The notes beneath the pieces are model-generated. The model was given only the letters and a program-made list of their open reading frames with translations. It was not told the origin of the DNA and did no database searches. Below, piece by piece: positions 11,301 to 22,154 of a stretch of DNA of 64,000 nucleotides; positions within the stretch are counted from its first letter, which is position 1, and every line of letters starts with the position of its first letter. A program made the translations under genes and the position numbers. The DNA lies in contig NIVC01003389.1 in assembly GCA_002269645.1 (NCBI GenBank), forward strand, positions 36,061 to 100,060, written 5' to 3'. The DNA is from Macrostomum lignano (Eukaryota).

Positions 11301-13948
11301 AAGCGCGGCGCTCAGCGGCGGACTTGGCGGCAAAGGTCGACACGCTGGAGAGGTCGCTGCGCGAGGCGCAGGATTCGGCGAGGAGGCAGCACGGCGAGCT
11401 TCAGGTTGGTGTTGACGCTTGCTTGCGCCTCTGCCTTGATGCTGGGCCAGCCTCCCAAATCCCCTCAGTTGCTGTGACAGCCTCCCAGATCCTCAGATTC
11501 TGGGCCAGCCTCCCAAATCCCCTTAGTTGCTGTGACAGCCTCCCAGATCCTCAGTTGCTGGGCCATCGCCACTTTCCAAGACCAAGCAGTGTAGGTCAGC
11601 GGTGATGCGTCCAAATCACGCGCCTAAGTCTCCGAATCCGTGCGCAGTCAACTCCCGTCCGCCTCCCCTTCAGGCCGCCTTTGCCGACCTGGCCGCCCTG
11701 CGCGATCTGTGCGCCCAGCTGGAGGCCGACAAAGAGCGGCTGGAGGCGGACAAAGACCAGCTGGAAGCAGAGCGCGGAGAACTCGAATCGGAGCGTGAGC
11801 AGCTAGCCGGCCAGCTGTCCGAGATTTCGGACACGTCCGGCCGGACGGAGGCAGCGCTGGCTGACGAGCGCGAGGCCCGGCTGGGTCTGGCCGGAGCCCT
11901 GGCCGAGTGCCGCGACGAGGCCGCCCGCTGCCGGGCCGCCGCCCAGGAGGCCGAGTCAGACGCAGAGCGCGAGCGCGAGCGCGCCGACGCCGCCGAGGCC
12001 CGCGCCGACGCCGGCGCCCGCGAGACCGGCCGACTTCGCTCCCGCTGCGCCGAGCTCGAAGCCGAGAGCGAGCGGCTGGCGCGGCTGCTCTGCGCCGAGC
12101 GCTTCGAGCGGGAGCGGCTGGCGGCTAGGATTGGCGCCGCGGCCAGGTAGCTTTGATTGAGATGCTCTGGTAGTGTAGACTGAGAGTAGATTCTATAGTT
12201 TAAGATTAGATTCCGTAGTGTGAGATTAGATTCTTTTTTCATTTTTAGTATATGGATAGTGTGAGATTAGATTCTATAGTGTGAGATTAGATTCCGTAGT
12301 GTGGTATAAGATTCTATAGGGTCCGTACTGTGAGATTAGATTCTATAGTGTGAGATTAGATTCTTTAGTGTGGTATTGGATTATATAGTGTGGGATTAGA
12401 TTCCGTAGTGTGGGATTAGATTCTATAGGGTCCGTACTGTGAGATTAGATTCTATAGTGTGAGATTAGATTCCATAGTGTGGGATTAGATTCTATAGGGT
12501 CCGTACTGTGAGATTGGATTCTATAGTGTGAGATTTAGATTCTATAGTGTGAGATTTAGATTCTATAGTGTGGGATTAGATTCTATAGTGTGGGATTAGA
12601 TTCTATAGTGTGGGATTAGATTCTATAGTGTGGGATTAGATTCTATAGTGTGGGATTAGATTCTATAGTGTGGGATTAGATTCTATAGTGTGGGATTAGA
12701 TTCTATAGTGTGGGATTAGATTCTATAGTGTGGGATTAGATTCTATAGTGTGAGATTTAGATTCTATAGTGTGGGATTAGATTCTATAGTGTGGGATTAG
12801 ATTCTATAGTGTGAGATTTAGATTCTATAGTGTGGGATTAGATTCTATAGTGTGAGATTTAGATTCTATAGTGTGGGATTTAGATTCTATAGTGTGGGAT
12901 TAGATTCTATAGTGTGGGATTAGATTCTATAGTGTGGGATTAGATTCTATAGTGTGAGATTTAGATTCTATAGAGTGAGATTTAGATTCTATAGGGTGAG
13001 ATTTAGATTCTATAGTGTGGGATTAGATTCTATAGTGTGAGATTTAGATTCTATAGAGTGAGATTTAGATTCTATAGTGTGGGATTAGATTCTATAGTGT
13101 GAGATTTAGATTCTATAGAGTGAGATTTAGATTCTATAGTGTGGGATTAGATTCTATAGTGTGGGATTAGATTCTATAGTGTGGGATTAGATTCTATAGT
13201 GTGGGATTAGATTCTATAGTGTGAGATTTAGATTCTATAGAGTGAGATTTAGATTCTATAGGGTGAGATTTAGATTCTATAGTGTGGGATTAGATTCTAT
13301 AGTGTGGGATTAGATTCTATAGTGTGGGATTAGATTCTATAGTGTGAGATTTAGATTCTATAGAGTGAGATTTAGATTCTATAGTGTGGGATTAGATTCT
13401 ATAGTGTGGGATTAGATTCTATAGTGTGAGATTTAGATTCTATAGTGTGAGATTTAGATTCTATAGGGTGAGATTTAGATTCTATAGTGTGGGATTAGAT
13501 TCTATAGTGTGGGATTAGATTCTATAGTGTGGGATTAGATTCTATAGTGTGGGATTAGATTCTATAGTGTGAGATTTAGATTCTATAGTGTGAGATTTAG
13601 ATTCTATAGGGTGAGATTTAGATTCTATAGTGTGGGATTAGATTCTATAGTGTGGGATTAGATTCTATAGTGTGGGATTAGATTCTATAGTGTGAGATTT
13701 AGATTCTATAGAGTGAGATTTAGATTCTATAGTGTGGGATTAGATTCTATAGTGTGGTTCCACAATCTGCTGATTCCACAATCACAACAAATGGAGTGGA
13801 ATCAGCAGATCAGATCCCATCTCACCCCCATTGCAGGGCCGCCTCCCCAGCCCGCTTCTCAGCCTCAGGCCAGCAGCAGCAGAGGTCCGGCGGCAGCTCC
13901 CGAGCCCAGAGCCCCATGGGCCGCCGTTACGAAGATGAAGATTTCTAA
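5349..13948 (+). CDS. cep135: CEP135/Bld10-like centriolar coiled-coil protein, copy B (exons ..5582, 7447-7765, 8079-8294, 9252-9515, 9899-10219, 10748-11404, 11674-12146, 13837-13948); 5' end lies outside the window or in the gap
   Basis: Canonical splice sites in consistent phase, apart from a 1-nt deletion near 7507. Matches to CEP135: DDALAELQRTASERDSLRERL ~ ELALSDLRRIMAEKEALREKL; ADLAALRDLCAQLE ~ NDLSSLRELCIKLD; AERFERER ~ TERYERER. Stop TAA at 13946-13948 overlaps AATAAA. Confidence 0.85.
11445..11565 (+). repeat. Short, degenerate copy of the 28-bp cctcccagatcctcagttg minisatellite in a second CEP135 intron
   Basis: gggccagcctcccagatcctcagttgctg units match the array at 456-1127. Confidence 0.85.
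12190..13756 (+). repeat. Intronic 20/21-bp minisatellite (gattagattctatagtgtgg)
   Basis: About 1.5-kb tandem array in the last CEP135 intron. Confidence 0.95.
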
Positions 13949-14574
13949 TAAAATCGATTTTTAGCACCAAATCATCTAACAGTCTGTCTGCACTTCCTGC
14001 CCGCCTGACCTCCGCTGGATCCGTGCTCATCTCCCCCTACTCAATGGAGCGTTGATCCGCCACTGCCCATAGTTTAACACTACTAGATTAAGTAGTATGT
14101 ACGCTGAGGAGAATCTATGTATTTTTAATAATTATTTATACATGTGATAGTTCTAAATAAATTTTGTCGCCCAGCACTACTCATAGTAGGTAAAAAAATT
14201 AAAATTGCGGAAAAAAGTTTGAAATCTTTAGGCTTCAGATTCTCATAATTAAATAGAATTATTGACATTTCCGTCCAGATTTTTATTCAGTGTCTTAATG
14301 AACTTTATCAATATTTTCAGTCTATCTTTTATGTCTGTGTCGGCATTGATATGTCGGATTTTTATGTAACTGCTTTTTGTCTGGCTGGCTGGATATGAAA
14401 TACATTGTTTACATTTCTCATATATATATGCAGAGGCGCTTTGCAGACAAATTGTCTTTGAATAATCAGATTGTGTACTTTAGTAGCAAGGCTGAGTAGC
14501 TTTAGACTGAGTGCATCCAGTAATGTTACTCGTGCAATTATAGAGCAATATTTTGTTAGTATCATAATTTTATC

Positions 14575-15180
14575 AGATTAGATCAAGTTGATCGGTCTTG
14601 TTATCATGAGATTAGATCAAACTGAGATCCTATTATCATGAGATTAGATCAAACTGACATCCTATTATCATGAAATTAAATCAAGCTGAGATCCTATTAT
14701 CATGAGATTAGATCAAACAGATCCTATTATCATGAGATTAGATCAAACAGATCCTATTATCATGAGATTAGATCAAACAGCTCCTATTATCATGAGATTA
14801 GATGAAACAGATCCTATTATCATGACATTAGATGAAACAGATCCTATTATCATGAGATTAGATCAAACAGCTCCTATTATGATGAGATTAGATCAAACAG
14901 CTATTATCATGAGATTAGATCAAGCTGAGGTCTTGTTATCATGAGATTATATCAAACTGAGATCCTTTTTTCATGAGATTAGATCAAGCTGAGGTCTTAT
15001 TATCATGAGATCATATCAAACTGAGATCCTATTATCATAGATTAGATCAAGCTGAGGTCTTGTTATCATAAGATTAGATCAAACTGAGATCCTTTCTCAT
15101 GAGATTAGATCAAGCTGTGGCCTTGTTATCATGAGATTAGATTCACTACAGAGCCCATTAGCATGAGATTAGATCCCAGT
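14575..15180 (+). repeat. ~30-bp minisatellite (attatcatgagattagatcaaacagatcct)
   Basis: Tandem array ending just before the BAP18 acceptor. Confidence 0.9.
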
Positions 15181-15231
15181 AGGGCCCCTGCCAGTCAGTC
15201 AGCTGTGCAGCTCCGCATTGGCCCGCAGCAA

Positions 15232-16080
15232 ATGAGCGGCGGCGGCAACGGCAGCAGCAGCGCGGCGGTCGTCTCGGACATTTTCGCCTCGGCCGGCCAG
15301 GCGTTCGGCCGTCTGGCCGAGCTGACCCGGCAGCTGCACGCGGACGAGCAGCAGGCGGCAGGCGGAGGCGGGGGCGGCAAATGGTCGGCGGCGGAGCTCG
15401 ACATGCTGCGCGACGCCGTGAGCCGCTTTGGCGCCGATTTGAATCGCGTCACAGAGCTGGTCAAAGCGCGCACCCTGCGCCAGTTGCGCGGCCAGGTGCG
15501 CCAACCTGCGGCAGTTGCGGCGCCAGCTGCGGCGCCTGAAGACGAAGCGCCGCCAGTCAAGCTGGCCAAGAAGTCGCCGTCTCAGGCTGCGGCAGCTGCA
15601 CCGTCGTCTGTCATTGGTCGCGGCGGAGCCTCCGGCCGAGGCAGTCGCGGCGGCAGCGGACGCGGCCGAGGCGCCGGTCGTGGCCGAGGACGGGGCGCCG
15701 GGCGCGGCCGGGGTCGCGGCCGAGGCCGTGGCGCCGGGACGTCAGCGCCTGCCGTTTCGACCGCCGCCGTCGCAGACGCGGGCGATGACGACGAAGACGA
15801 CGAGGACGATGAGGAGCGGCAGCTGTACACCGGCGAGGACGTCGACGACGGCGACGACGACCCGCTGGCTGGCGGCTTCTACGGGAACGGCTCGGACGAC
15901 GACGATGATGATGATGATGATGAGGATGATTTGGAAGCTGGAGGCGGCAACTGCCAGCTGCGGTTCGATGTCGCAGGTGGCGCTGGCGGCCGGAACTTGG
16001 CGGCCGTTGCCGACATTGGAGTCGAGGACGACGACGAAGACGACGATGACGATGACGACGAGCTGGTGGGCGGCTATTAG
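15232..16080 (+). CDS. BAP18: Chromatin complexes subunit BAP18 (C17orf49)-like SANT/Myb protein with RG-rich and acidic C-terminal extension
   Basis: VSDIFASAGQAFGRLAELTRQLH...KWSAAELDMLRDAVSRFGADLNRV ~ BAP18 VGEIFSAAGAAFTKLGELTMQLH...KWTETEIEMLRAAVKRFGDDLNHI. The ATG follows a cccgcag acceptor-like site. Confidence 0.88.
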   Translation: MSGGGNGSSSAAVVSDIFASAGQAFGRLAELTRQLHADEQQAAGGGGGGKWSAAELDMLRDAVSRFGADLNRVTELVKARTLRQLRGQVRQPAAVAAPAAAPEDEAPPVKLAKKSPSQAAAAAPSSVIGRGGASGRGSRGGSGRGRGAGRGRGRGAGRGRGRGRGRGAGTSAPAVSTAAVADAGDDDEDDEDDEERQLYTGEDVDDGDDDPLAGGFYGNGSDDDDDDDDDEDDLEAGGGNCQLRFDVAGGAGGRNLAAVADIGVEDDDEDDDDDDDELVGGY

Positions 16081-16354
16081 CACTGACGCCGCTCTCCAGC
16101 TGCCGCCTGTACAGTGCAATGCAGTGCTTTGTTCACGTGTTCTCTTGTTACATTTTTCCTGCGCTCTGGCAGCTGATGATTGCTACTGCTTAATGTTTTT
16201 ATATTGACTCTTTTCATGTGTACCCGTGCTCACTGTCTGTGCAAACTGCTGTCATGTTTTGCAGCCGCTTTTCAAAGCAGGGGTCGGCAACTCCGGCCCT
16301 CGGGTCTTTTGAAACTTTGCAATAGCAATCCGGCCTGCTCAGGGGGGGTGTCTT

Positions 16355-17000
16355 CTCAGCTCTCTTCTCAGTCCTCTCCTCTCTCCCCTCTCTTTTCTCC
16401 TCTCCTCTCTTCTCTCCTCTCCTCTCCTCTCCACTGTCCTCTCCTCTCCTCTTCTCTCCACTCCACTGTCCTCTCCTCTCCTCTCCTCTCCACTGTCCTC
16501 TCCTCTCCTCTTCTCTCCACTCCACTGTCCTCTCCTCTCCTCTCCTCTCCACTGTCCTCTCCTCTCCTCTCCTCTCCACTGTCCTCTCCTCTCCTCTCCT
16601 CTCCTCTCCTCTCCACTGTCCTCTCCTCTCCTCTCCTCTCCTCTCCTCTCCTCTCCTCTCCTCTCCTCTTCACTGTCCTCTCCTCTCCTCTCCTCTCCTC
16701 TCCACTGTCCTCTCCTCTCCTCTCCTCTCCTCTCCACTGTCCTCTCCTCTCCTGTCCTCTCGTCTCTTCTCGTCTTTTCCTTTCACTTCTCTTCTCTTCT
16801 CTCCTCTCCCTCTTCCTCTCCTTTCTTCTCCTCTCTTCTCTTCTCCTCTCCTTTCCTCTTCTCTCCTCTCCTTTCCTCTTCTCTCTTCTCCTCTCCTCTC
16901 TTCTCCTCTCTTTTTTCTCCCATCTCATTTCCTCTCATCTCATTTCCTCTCATCTCATCTCCTCTCTTTTTTCTCTACTTTCATCTCTCATCGCAACTCC
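16355..17000 (+). repeat. Pyrimidine-rich (CTCCT)n-like simple repeat
   Basis: Visible low-complexity tract. Confidence 0.95.
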
Positions 17001-17426
17001 CATCTCGCCTCTCACCTCTCTTCTGTGGTCTCTCATCTCGTCTTTCCTTTTCTCGCTCTCTCATTCCCATTGCTTTCTTCTCTCATTTTGCCGGCAGCAT
17101 GATCATCTATTGAAGTAGATTCTTTTTTGGCCCTTTAAGTAAAAACGTTTGCCGACCCCTGTTTTCAAGCTTGCTTCACATTCGCTACTGCGGTGTCCCG
17201 ATTGCATGATCAATTTATAGTGTAAATTATGAATCAATTTAGTCATTCGTCAATTCGTCATTCATGCTCATTATGCAAGAAAAGTGTGTATTAATTAATA
17301 CATTGGATAGGGCAGGATACCTGCTGCAGTGACTGTCGCTATTTTAGTATAAAATTGTCACCATGAAGTAATTTTTTTCATCGTTTTAAAAACTAATTTT
17401 CATCCCTTTCGGCGGGATGTAAAACA

Positions 17427-17580
17427 GTTAGGGAGAATGTAAACCAGTTAGGGAGAATGTAAACCAGTTAGGGAGAATGTAATCCAGTTAGGGAGAATGT
17501 AAACCAGTTAGGGAGAATGTAATCCAGTTAGGGAGAATGTAAACCAGTTAAGGAGAATGTAATCCAGTTAGGGAGAATGC
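17427..17580 (+). repeat. 20-bp minisatellite (gttagggagaatgtaaacca)
   Basis: Tandem units, each containing TTAGGG. Confidence 0.9.
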
Positions 17581-18756
17581 AATCCGGACAGAGAGAACAC
17601 TTACACAGGCACACGCTGTGTACAGTAGCCCTGACTCTCATTGTCAGACATGTACATACTCCTGAGGCCGGCTGGTAGTGGACTTTGGTCGAGTCAAGTT
17701 TTAGATCAAGTAGTCAATGCCAGTACTAAAATAATGAAAAAAATATGCTTTCAAAAATGTAACTCGGGGTCATGCCTGTTTTTCATCAATTTTTGCTTTA
17801 AAGAAGATCTTAGTACGAGTACGGAGTAAATAAAACATATTTTGAATTGTTTGTAATCGCATCTTGTCGCAACATATCACTGGGATCTGTATTCAATCTG
17901 ACCTCAAGTGTGCCGCTCTTAAAAGCTTGGACAGGACGAAAAAGTCATCAAAATTACTCGGATTAACCAGTGGCTGACGTCTACGGTAAGCACAGGGAGT
18001 GGTGGGCCGACGCCCCCGACTGCCGGCAATCCCGCGCGGCATCCATGGCTGTTTTGCCAGGCATCGCGACCTCCAGGGAAAATCCGCAGTGAGGAATGCT
18101 CATTCTGTCTCTCCGGTGTCGAGAATACGGAGCACTGCATCTGTGAATGCCCCGTCTGTACTCAGGACAGGCTCACTTACTTCGGCACAAACCCGGACCT
18201 TTCCGACATTTTTCAGGCCCGAGAATCTCTCCCAGCTCGTCCGATACCTAAATGGCTAGGAGAATCACAGGATCTCCCTGCGCAACACCGCAGTACCAGC
18301 TGCCTGTGGTTGTCGGGTTTGCGGAATGGACTTCGACCGCCTCCTGCTGTATCCGGATTCCCGGAACCTCCTGCAGTTGAGTCAAAGTGTTTGGTAGGAT
18401 TGGCCCTCGTGGGAGGGAGCTGCACAGTTCAGCCATTGAGTCCGATGCGTTGTCCGGTGAGCTGAGCAAGTCTGGTTAGGAGGATGTAGTCCGGTTGGAT
18501 GGCTAATAACCGTGTAAATGTACTTTTAACTACCTCTATTGATTTACTGGTAGTGCGGCACTGCATAAAAGTTCGAAATAAAGAATTTACAATGTGGGAC
18601 ATGCTTTTTCTCAAGAAATGCCCAGAACGGCGAGTATAAATTTTTACTTCATAATGTGCAATTTAATTTTCAAGAGGAACGTTAAACGGCATTAATATAA
18701 ATTAGAAGGTAATGAATTTTCTTAGAAATCCAGACAGAATCCCATGAATCATTGGC

Positions 18757-18911
18757 AGTAGTAGAGGATAACACAACTCTGCCGCAGGGAAAGCCACGGA
18801 AATTCCGTGGGCCCGGATCAGAAGGGCGCCTATGTGTTTGCATAGCTCAACTCTGCCGCAGGCAAAGCCATGGGAATTCCGTAGACTCCTAATGAGAGTA
18901 CATAGGCACCT
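18757..18911 (+). repeat. Left terminal inverted repeat (155 bp)
   Basis: Reverse complement of 34134-34286 except for one 2-nt indel (ctaatgagag vs ctaatgag). Confidence 0.95.
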
Positions 18912-18969
18912 GTGTCCCATAGGGGTAATGTGAATACATAGCCGCATGTGTTTACATAGGAGATATTTG

Positions 18970-18977
18970 TATATAAA
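18970..18977 (+). promoter_or_regulatory. Candidate TATA box (TATATAAA) upstream of the PC4-like gene
   Basis: Consensus TATAWAW just inside the left TIR, ~75 nt before the ATG at 19052. The region is AT-rich, so a chance match is possible. Confidence 0.35.
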
Positions 18978-19051
18978 CCAGAAAATTTGTTTTCACAAAT
19001 AATAAAAATTTTGAAATTCTCGCTCCGTTACATCGTAATAACTAATTAATA

Positions 19052-19795
19052 ATGGTCGATATTGGAGAAGGCTACAAACTTCAAGTACAAGAGTATGAAG
19101 GAGTACAGTTTATTGCGATTCGGAAATTTTATCGACATGGCAGCACAGCGAGTTTAAAACCTGGCGTTCCCGGATTTAACCTCAACATCCGACAATGGGA
19201 GAAGTTGAAAGAACTGAAGCGAACTCTCGTGAAGGCGGCCCTAGGCGGGCAACAGAGGATCATCAAACTCGGTTTTGATAAGTTTGTTGAGGTTAAGAAC
19301 GGCATCATCTGGCTAAGACGGCTTCCAGAAGATTGTTGCGAAGAATTTTTGAAGCGAAACACTGTGGCTTTGGCACCAGCTCTGTGGCGAAAACTGTGGG
19401 AGCAGGCTGCATGGATCGACGAGCAGCTGTCTGCCCCACGCCAAATTTCTGATGTGTATGAGCTGGAGTCGGGATCTTCGAGCGAGAGCAACGGTGATGA
19501 TGATGACAACAGCAACAAGGACGACATCGTGCGGCTTGCGAAGACTGAGGATGAGGGCGTCCAATCAAGCACTCTGCGCATCGACGATGAAGTGGTCGCA
19601 TCAACGCCTCTACCGGTGACAAGTGCTGCAGCTGGCTTTATCCCAAAGCAGGATTCGGATTTGCTGCAGGACCCAGTCTGGTATCGCTTCCGGGCTGAAG
19701 CAGCTGCGGTCGAGAACGTCAGGAAGCGCAAGCAACCATATCCGCTGCGCAGGCAGAATGCCATGAGACTGCGCCTCAATGAGGATGAGGAGTGA
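19052..19795 (+). CDS. PC4/Sub1-like ssDNA-binding or coactivator protein with two tandem PC4-like repeats and an acidic/basic tail
   Basis: DIGEGYKLQVQEYEGVQFIAIRKFY...KPGVPGFNLNIRQWEKLKE ~ PC4 [25 protein letters not shown]...KPGRKGISLNPEQWSQLKE. Second repeat KLGFDKFVEV...IWLRR...VALAPALWRKLWEQAAWIDEQL. C-terminal RKRK resembles an NLS. Confidence 0.8.
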   Translation: MVDIGEGYKLQVQEYEGVQFIAIRKFYRHGSTASLKPGVPGFNLNIRQWEKLKELKRTLVKAALGGQQRIIKLGFDKFVEVKNGIIWLRRLPEDCCEEFLKRNTVALAPALWRKLWEQAAWIDEQLSAPRQISDVYELESGSSSESNGDDDDNSNKDDIVRLAKTEDEGVQSSTLRIDDEVVASTPLPVTSAAAGFIPKQDSDLLQDPVWYRFRAEAAAVENVRKRKQPYPLRRQNAMRLRLNEDEE

Positions 19796-20239
19796 AGAAG
19801 AAGAAGAATAAGTGCTTTGAAGAACTTTGGTGACTGGTGACTGACTTAAATTGGCTCATTTAACAATTTCTATAGTTAACATTGCTCATTTATCCAGAAA
19901 ACTTAATTAAGTCTCTCCATTTAAGAAAATCATGCAACCTATTGTTTCTTATCCGCTGAAAAATATAAAAGCTTCTTTTCATAAAAAATTGTTTTCCTTT
20001 GTTCTTGTGCTTAAGAAAAAATTAGACTGTTGACTTTTGTTTCTTGAGAAAATGGAAAAAATTTACTTTGCTCCTGGCCAACCAGCTAGTTTTTCAATTT
20101 GCTCAAAGCTGCTGCATCAAGTTGGAGAAGAGGGTGGGCATAAAAATTGAAAGAGCATTGAACAGTGGCTCAATGAGCAAACCGCGAAAAGAACTTAAAA
20201 AAATTGTTTTGCAGGCTTTCATTCAGCTTGATTTTGATA

Positions 20240-21310
20240 ATGGAAAAGATCTACTACAACCCTGCTCAGCCTGCCAGTTTCTCGGGTGTCTCAAAGCTTC
20301 TGCACGAGCTCAAGAAAACACAGGATAATCGTGAATCTAAAAAGAGCATCGGACAATGGCTGACTGAGCAGCCTGTGTACACACTGCACAAGCAAGCTAG
20401 GAGACGCTATCCTATGGCACCAATCATTGTTAGGGCTATTGATGATCAGTGGGAACTTGACCTGGTTGAGATGATACCATTTGCAAAATACAATAACGGC
20501 TACAAGTATATTCTCACATGTATAGATGTCCTCTCTAAATCTGGTTGGGCCAGGCCTCTAAAAAACAAATCAGCTGCGGAAGTCAAGTTCGCATTCGAGA
20601 GTATCCTGAGGTGCTCAAAGCGCCAGCCACGCACAGTCCGCACGGATCAAGGAAAAGAGTTCATCAATACCAATTTTCGGGAGTTCTGTATAAGCAAGGG
20701 AATTTTGGCATTCCCCACTAATAGTGAGCAAAAAGCAGCCATCATAGAGAGGTGGAATAGAACTTTGAAAAACAAAATGTGGCGATATTTCACCCACAAG
20801 AGCACTTTGCATTGGGTTGATGTGTTGCCAAAGCTGGTCAAGTCGTACAACAACACTTACCACAGAAGCATCAAAATGGCACCGACTAGCGTATGCAAAG
20901 AGAATGAGACTGAGGTCTGGATGAACCTTTACAATGGAAGAGCCATTGAGACTGTGAAGAAGCCAAAGAAGCCCAAATTCAGTGAAAAGCAGTCAGTGAG
21001 AATTTCCAATGCACCCAGGCTATTCCGCAAAGGATACAAGGCCAACTGGAGTGAGGAGGTGTACACTGTAGTATGTAGGGCACCGAAGCACTATCCGTAC
21101 ATGTACAAGATTAGGGACATGAAGGGTGAGGAGATCCGGGGTCTCTTTCATGAGCATGAGCTGCAGGCGGTGCCGGACTCACAGCGGCTGTATGTGATTG
21201 AGAAGATCCTGAAAACGGAGAAGCAGAAGGGAAAAATTCGCTATCTGGTGAAGTGGGCCGGCTACGACTCGACAGGCTGGGTGGATGAAAAAGACTTAAG
21301 AAAGGTTTAG
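20240..21310 (+). CDS. int: Retroviral-type (rve) DDE integrase with C-terminal chromodomain
   Basis: QWELDLVEM, VRTDQGKEF and AIIERWNRTLK give D,D,E. YVIEKILK...YLVKWAGYD chromodomain. Intact ORF. Confidence 0.95.
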   Translation: MEKIYYNPAQPASFSGVSKLLHELKKTQDNRESKKSIGQWLTEQPVYTLHKQARRRYPMAPIIVRAIDDQWELDLVEMIPFAKYNNGYKYILTCIDVLSKSGWARPLKNKSAAEVKFAFESILRCSKRQPRTVRTDQGKEFINTNFREFCISKGILAFPTNSEQKAAIIERWNRTLKNKMWRYFTHKSTLHWVDVLPKLVKSYNNTYHRSIKMAPTSVCKENETEVWMNLYNGRAIETVKKPKKPKFSEKQSVRISNAPRLFRKGYKANWSEEVYTVVCRAPKHYPYMYKIRDMKGEEIRGLFHEHELQAVPDSQRLYVIEKILKTEKQKGKIRYLVKWAGYDSTGWVDEKDLRKV

Positions 21311-21329
21311 CTTTTGCGCATCTCTTCTC

Positions 21330-22154
21330 ATGAGGTTTAACATTATAATGCGAACTATTTTGATTAACAGTGAGCATGCTGAAGGTACTCCTAGTGACTT
21401 TAATTTTTACCTGCCTTCACCTATTTACTTGGATCGAAATGTGGACTATGAGGCAGGTCTGGCTGAAATCCATCTGCCTGCTGCATGGTTCAATGTTGAC
21501 GAGCCTTACTGCTTCACTGTCTCAGATGGAAGAGAGCATGAGGCCCTGGTTCTTCAACCCGGACGCTTTGCTAGAGTGGAGGAGCTGGTGGAGCGCCTGA
21601 ATGAGCTGCTGGCCAACTCTGATTCGCTGTTCTTTGATGCGATGAGTGACAGGGAGTCTGAGATGGAGGCTGATGAGTCCGGCCTGATGGGGCGTAGTGG
21701 CAACAGGGAATTTGGTATGAAGTTCGAAATCCGCAACTCACGAACTGTGGTGCACAACAACACTGCGAGAGCAGAGCTGTTTCTTCCATCTAGCAAAATT
21801 CTGCATTGGCTGGATTTGGAAACCAGGCTGTGAAAATCCAGCCAGGGAGCCGCGTGTCCGAGCATTGCATTGGCTGTCCGCGCACCAGCTTAATCAATGT
21901 ACACTGCAGTGTCGTTGAGTCAACTAATTGCAACTTGGCTCCTGTTGAGAACAGTTGGAATGAAAGCCGGCATTGAATGGGGCAACTATCAAACAAAAAT
22001 ATTTAAGAAAACAATATTCTTCCCGATTCAACGAATCAGTCTTCTTCACAGCATTCGAGTTCAGCTGCGTGACATCTATGGTTGCCCACTGATTGCCCAG
22101 ACACTCAGCCCTGTTCTGCTCACAGTTCAGATTCGAGAGAAACGCATTCAATGA
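21330..22154 (+). CDS. Minor capsid (penton-like, single jelly-roll) protein, split by two frameshifts (~21820, ~21920)
   Basis: N-terminal TPSDFNFYLPSPIYL..DYEAGLAEIHLPAAWFNV and C-terminal LINVHCSVVES..LLRTV..IRVQLRDIYG are typical of Polinton mCP. The three pieces lie in frames 0/2/0. Confidence 0.75.

Noticed and set aside
19129-19779. Antisense ORFs over the PC4, GPCR, CEP135 and BAP18 genes
   Set aside because: Shadow ORFs of GC-rich coding sequence with no independent signal.
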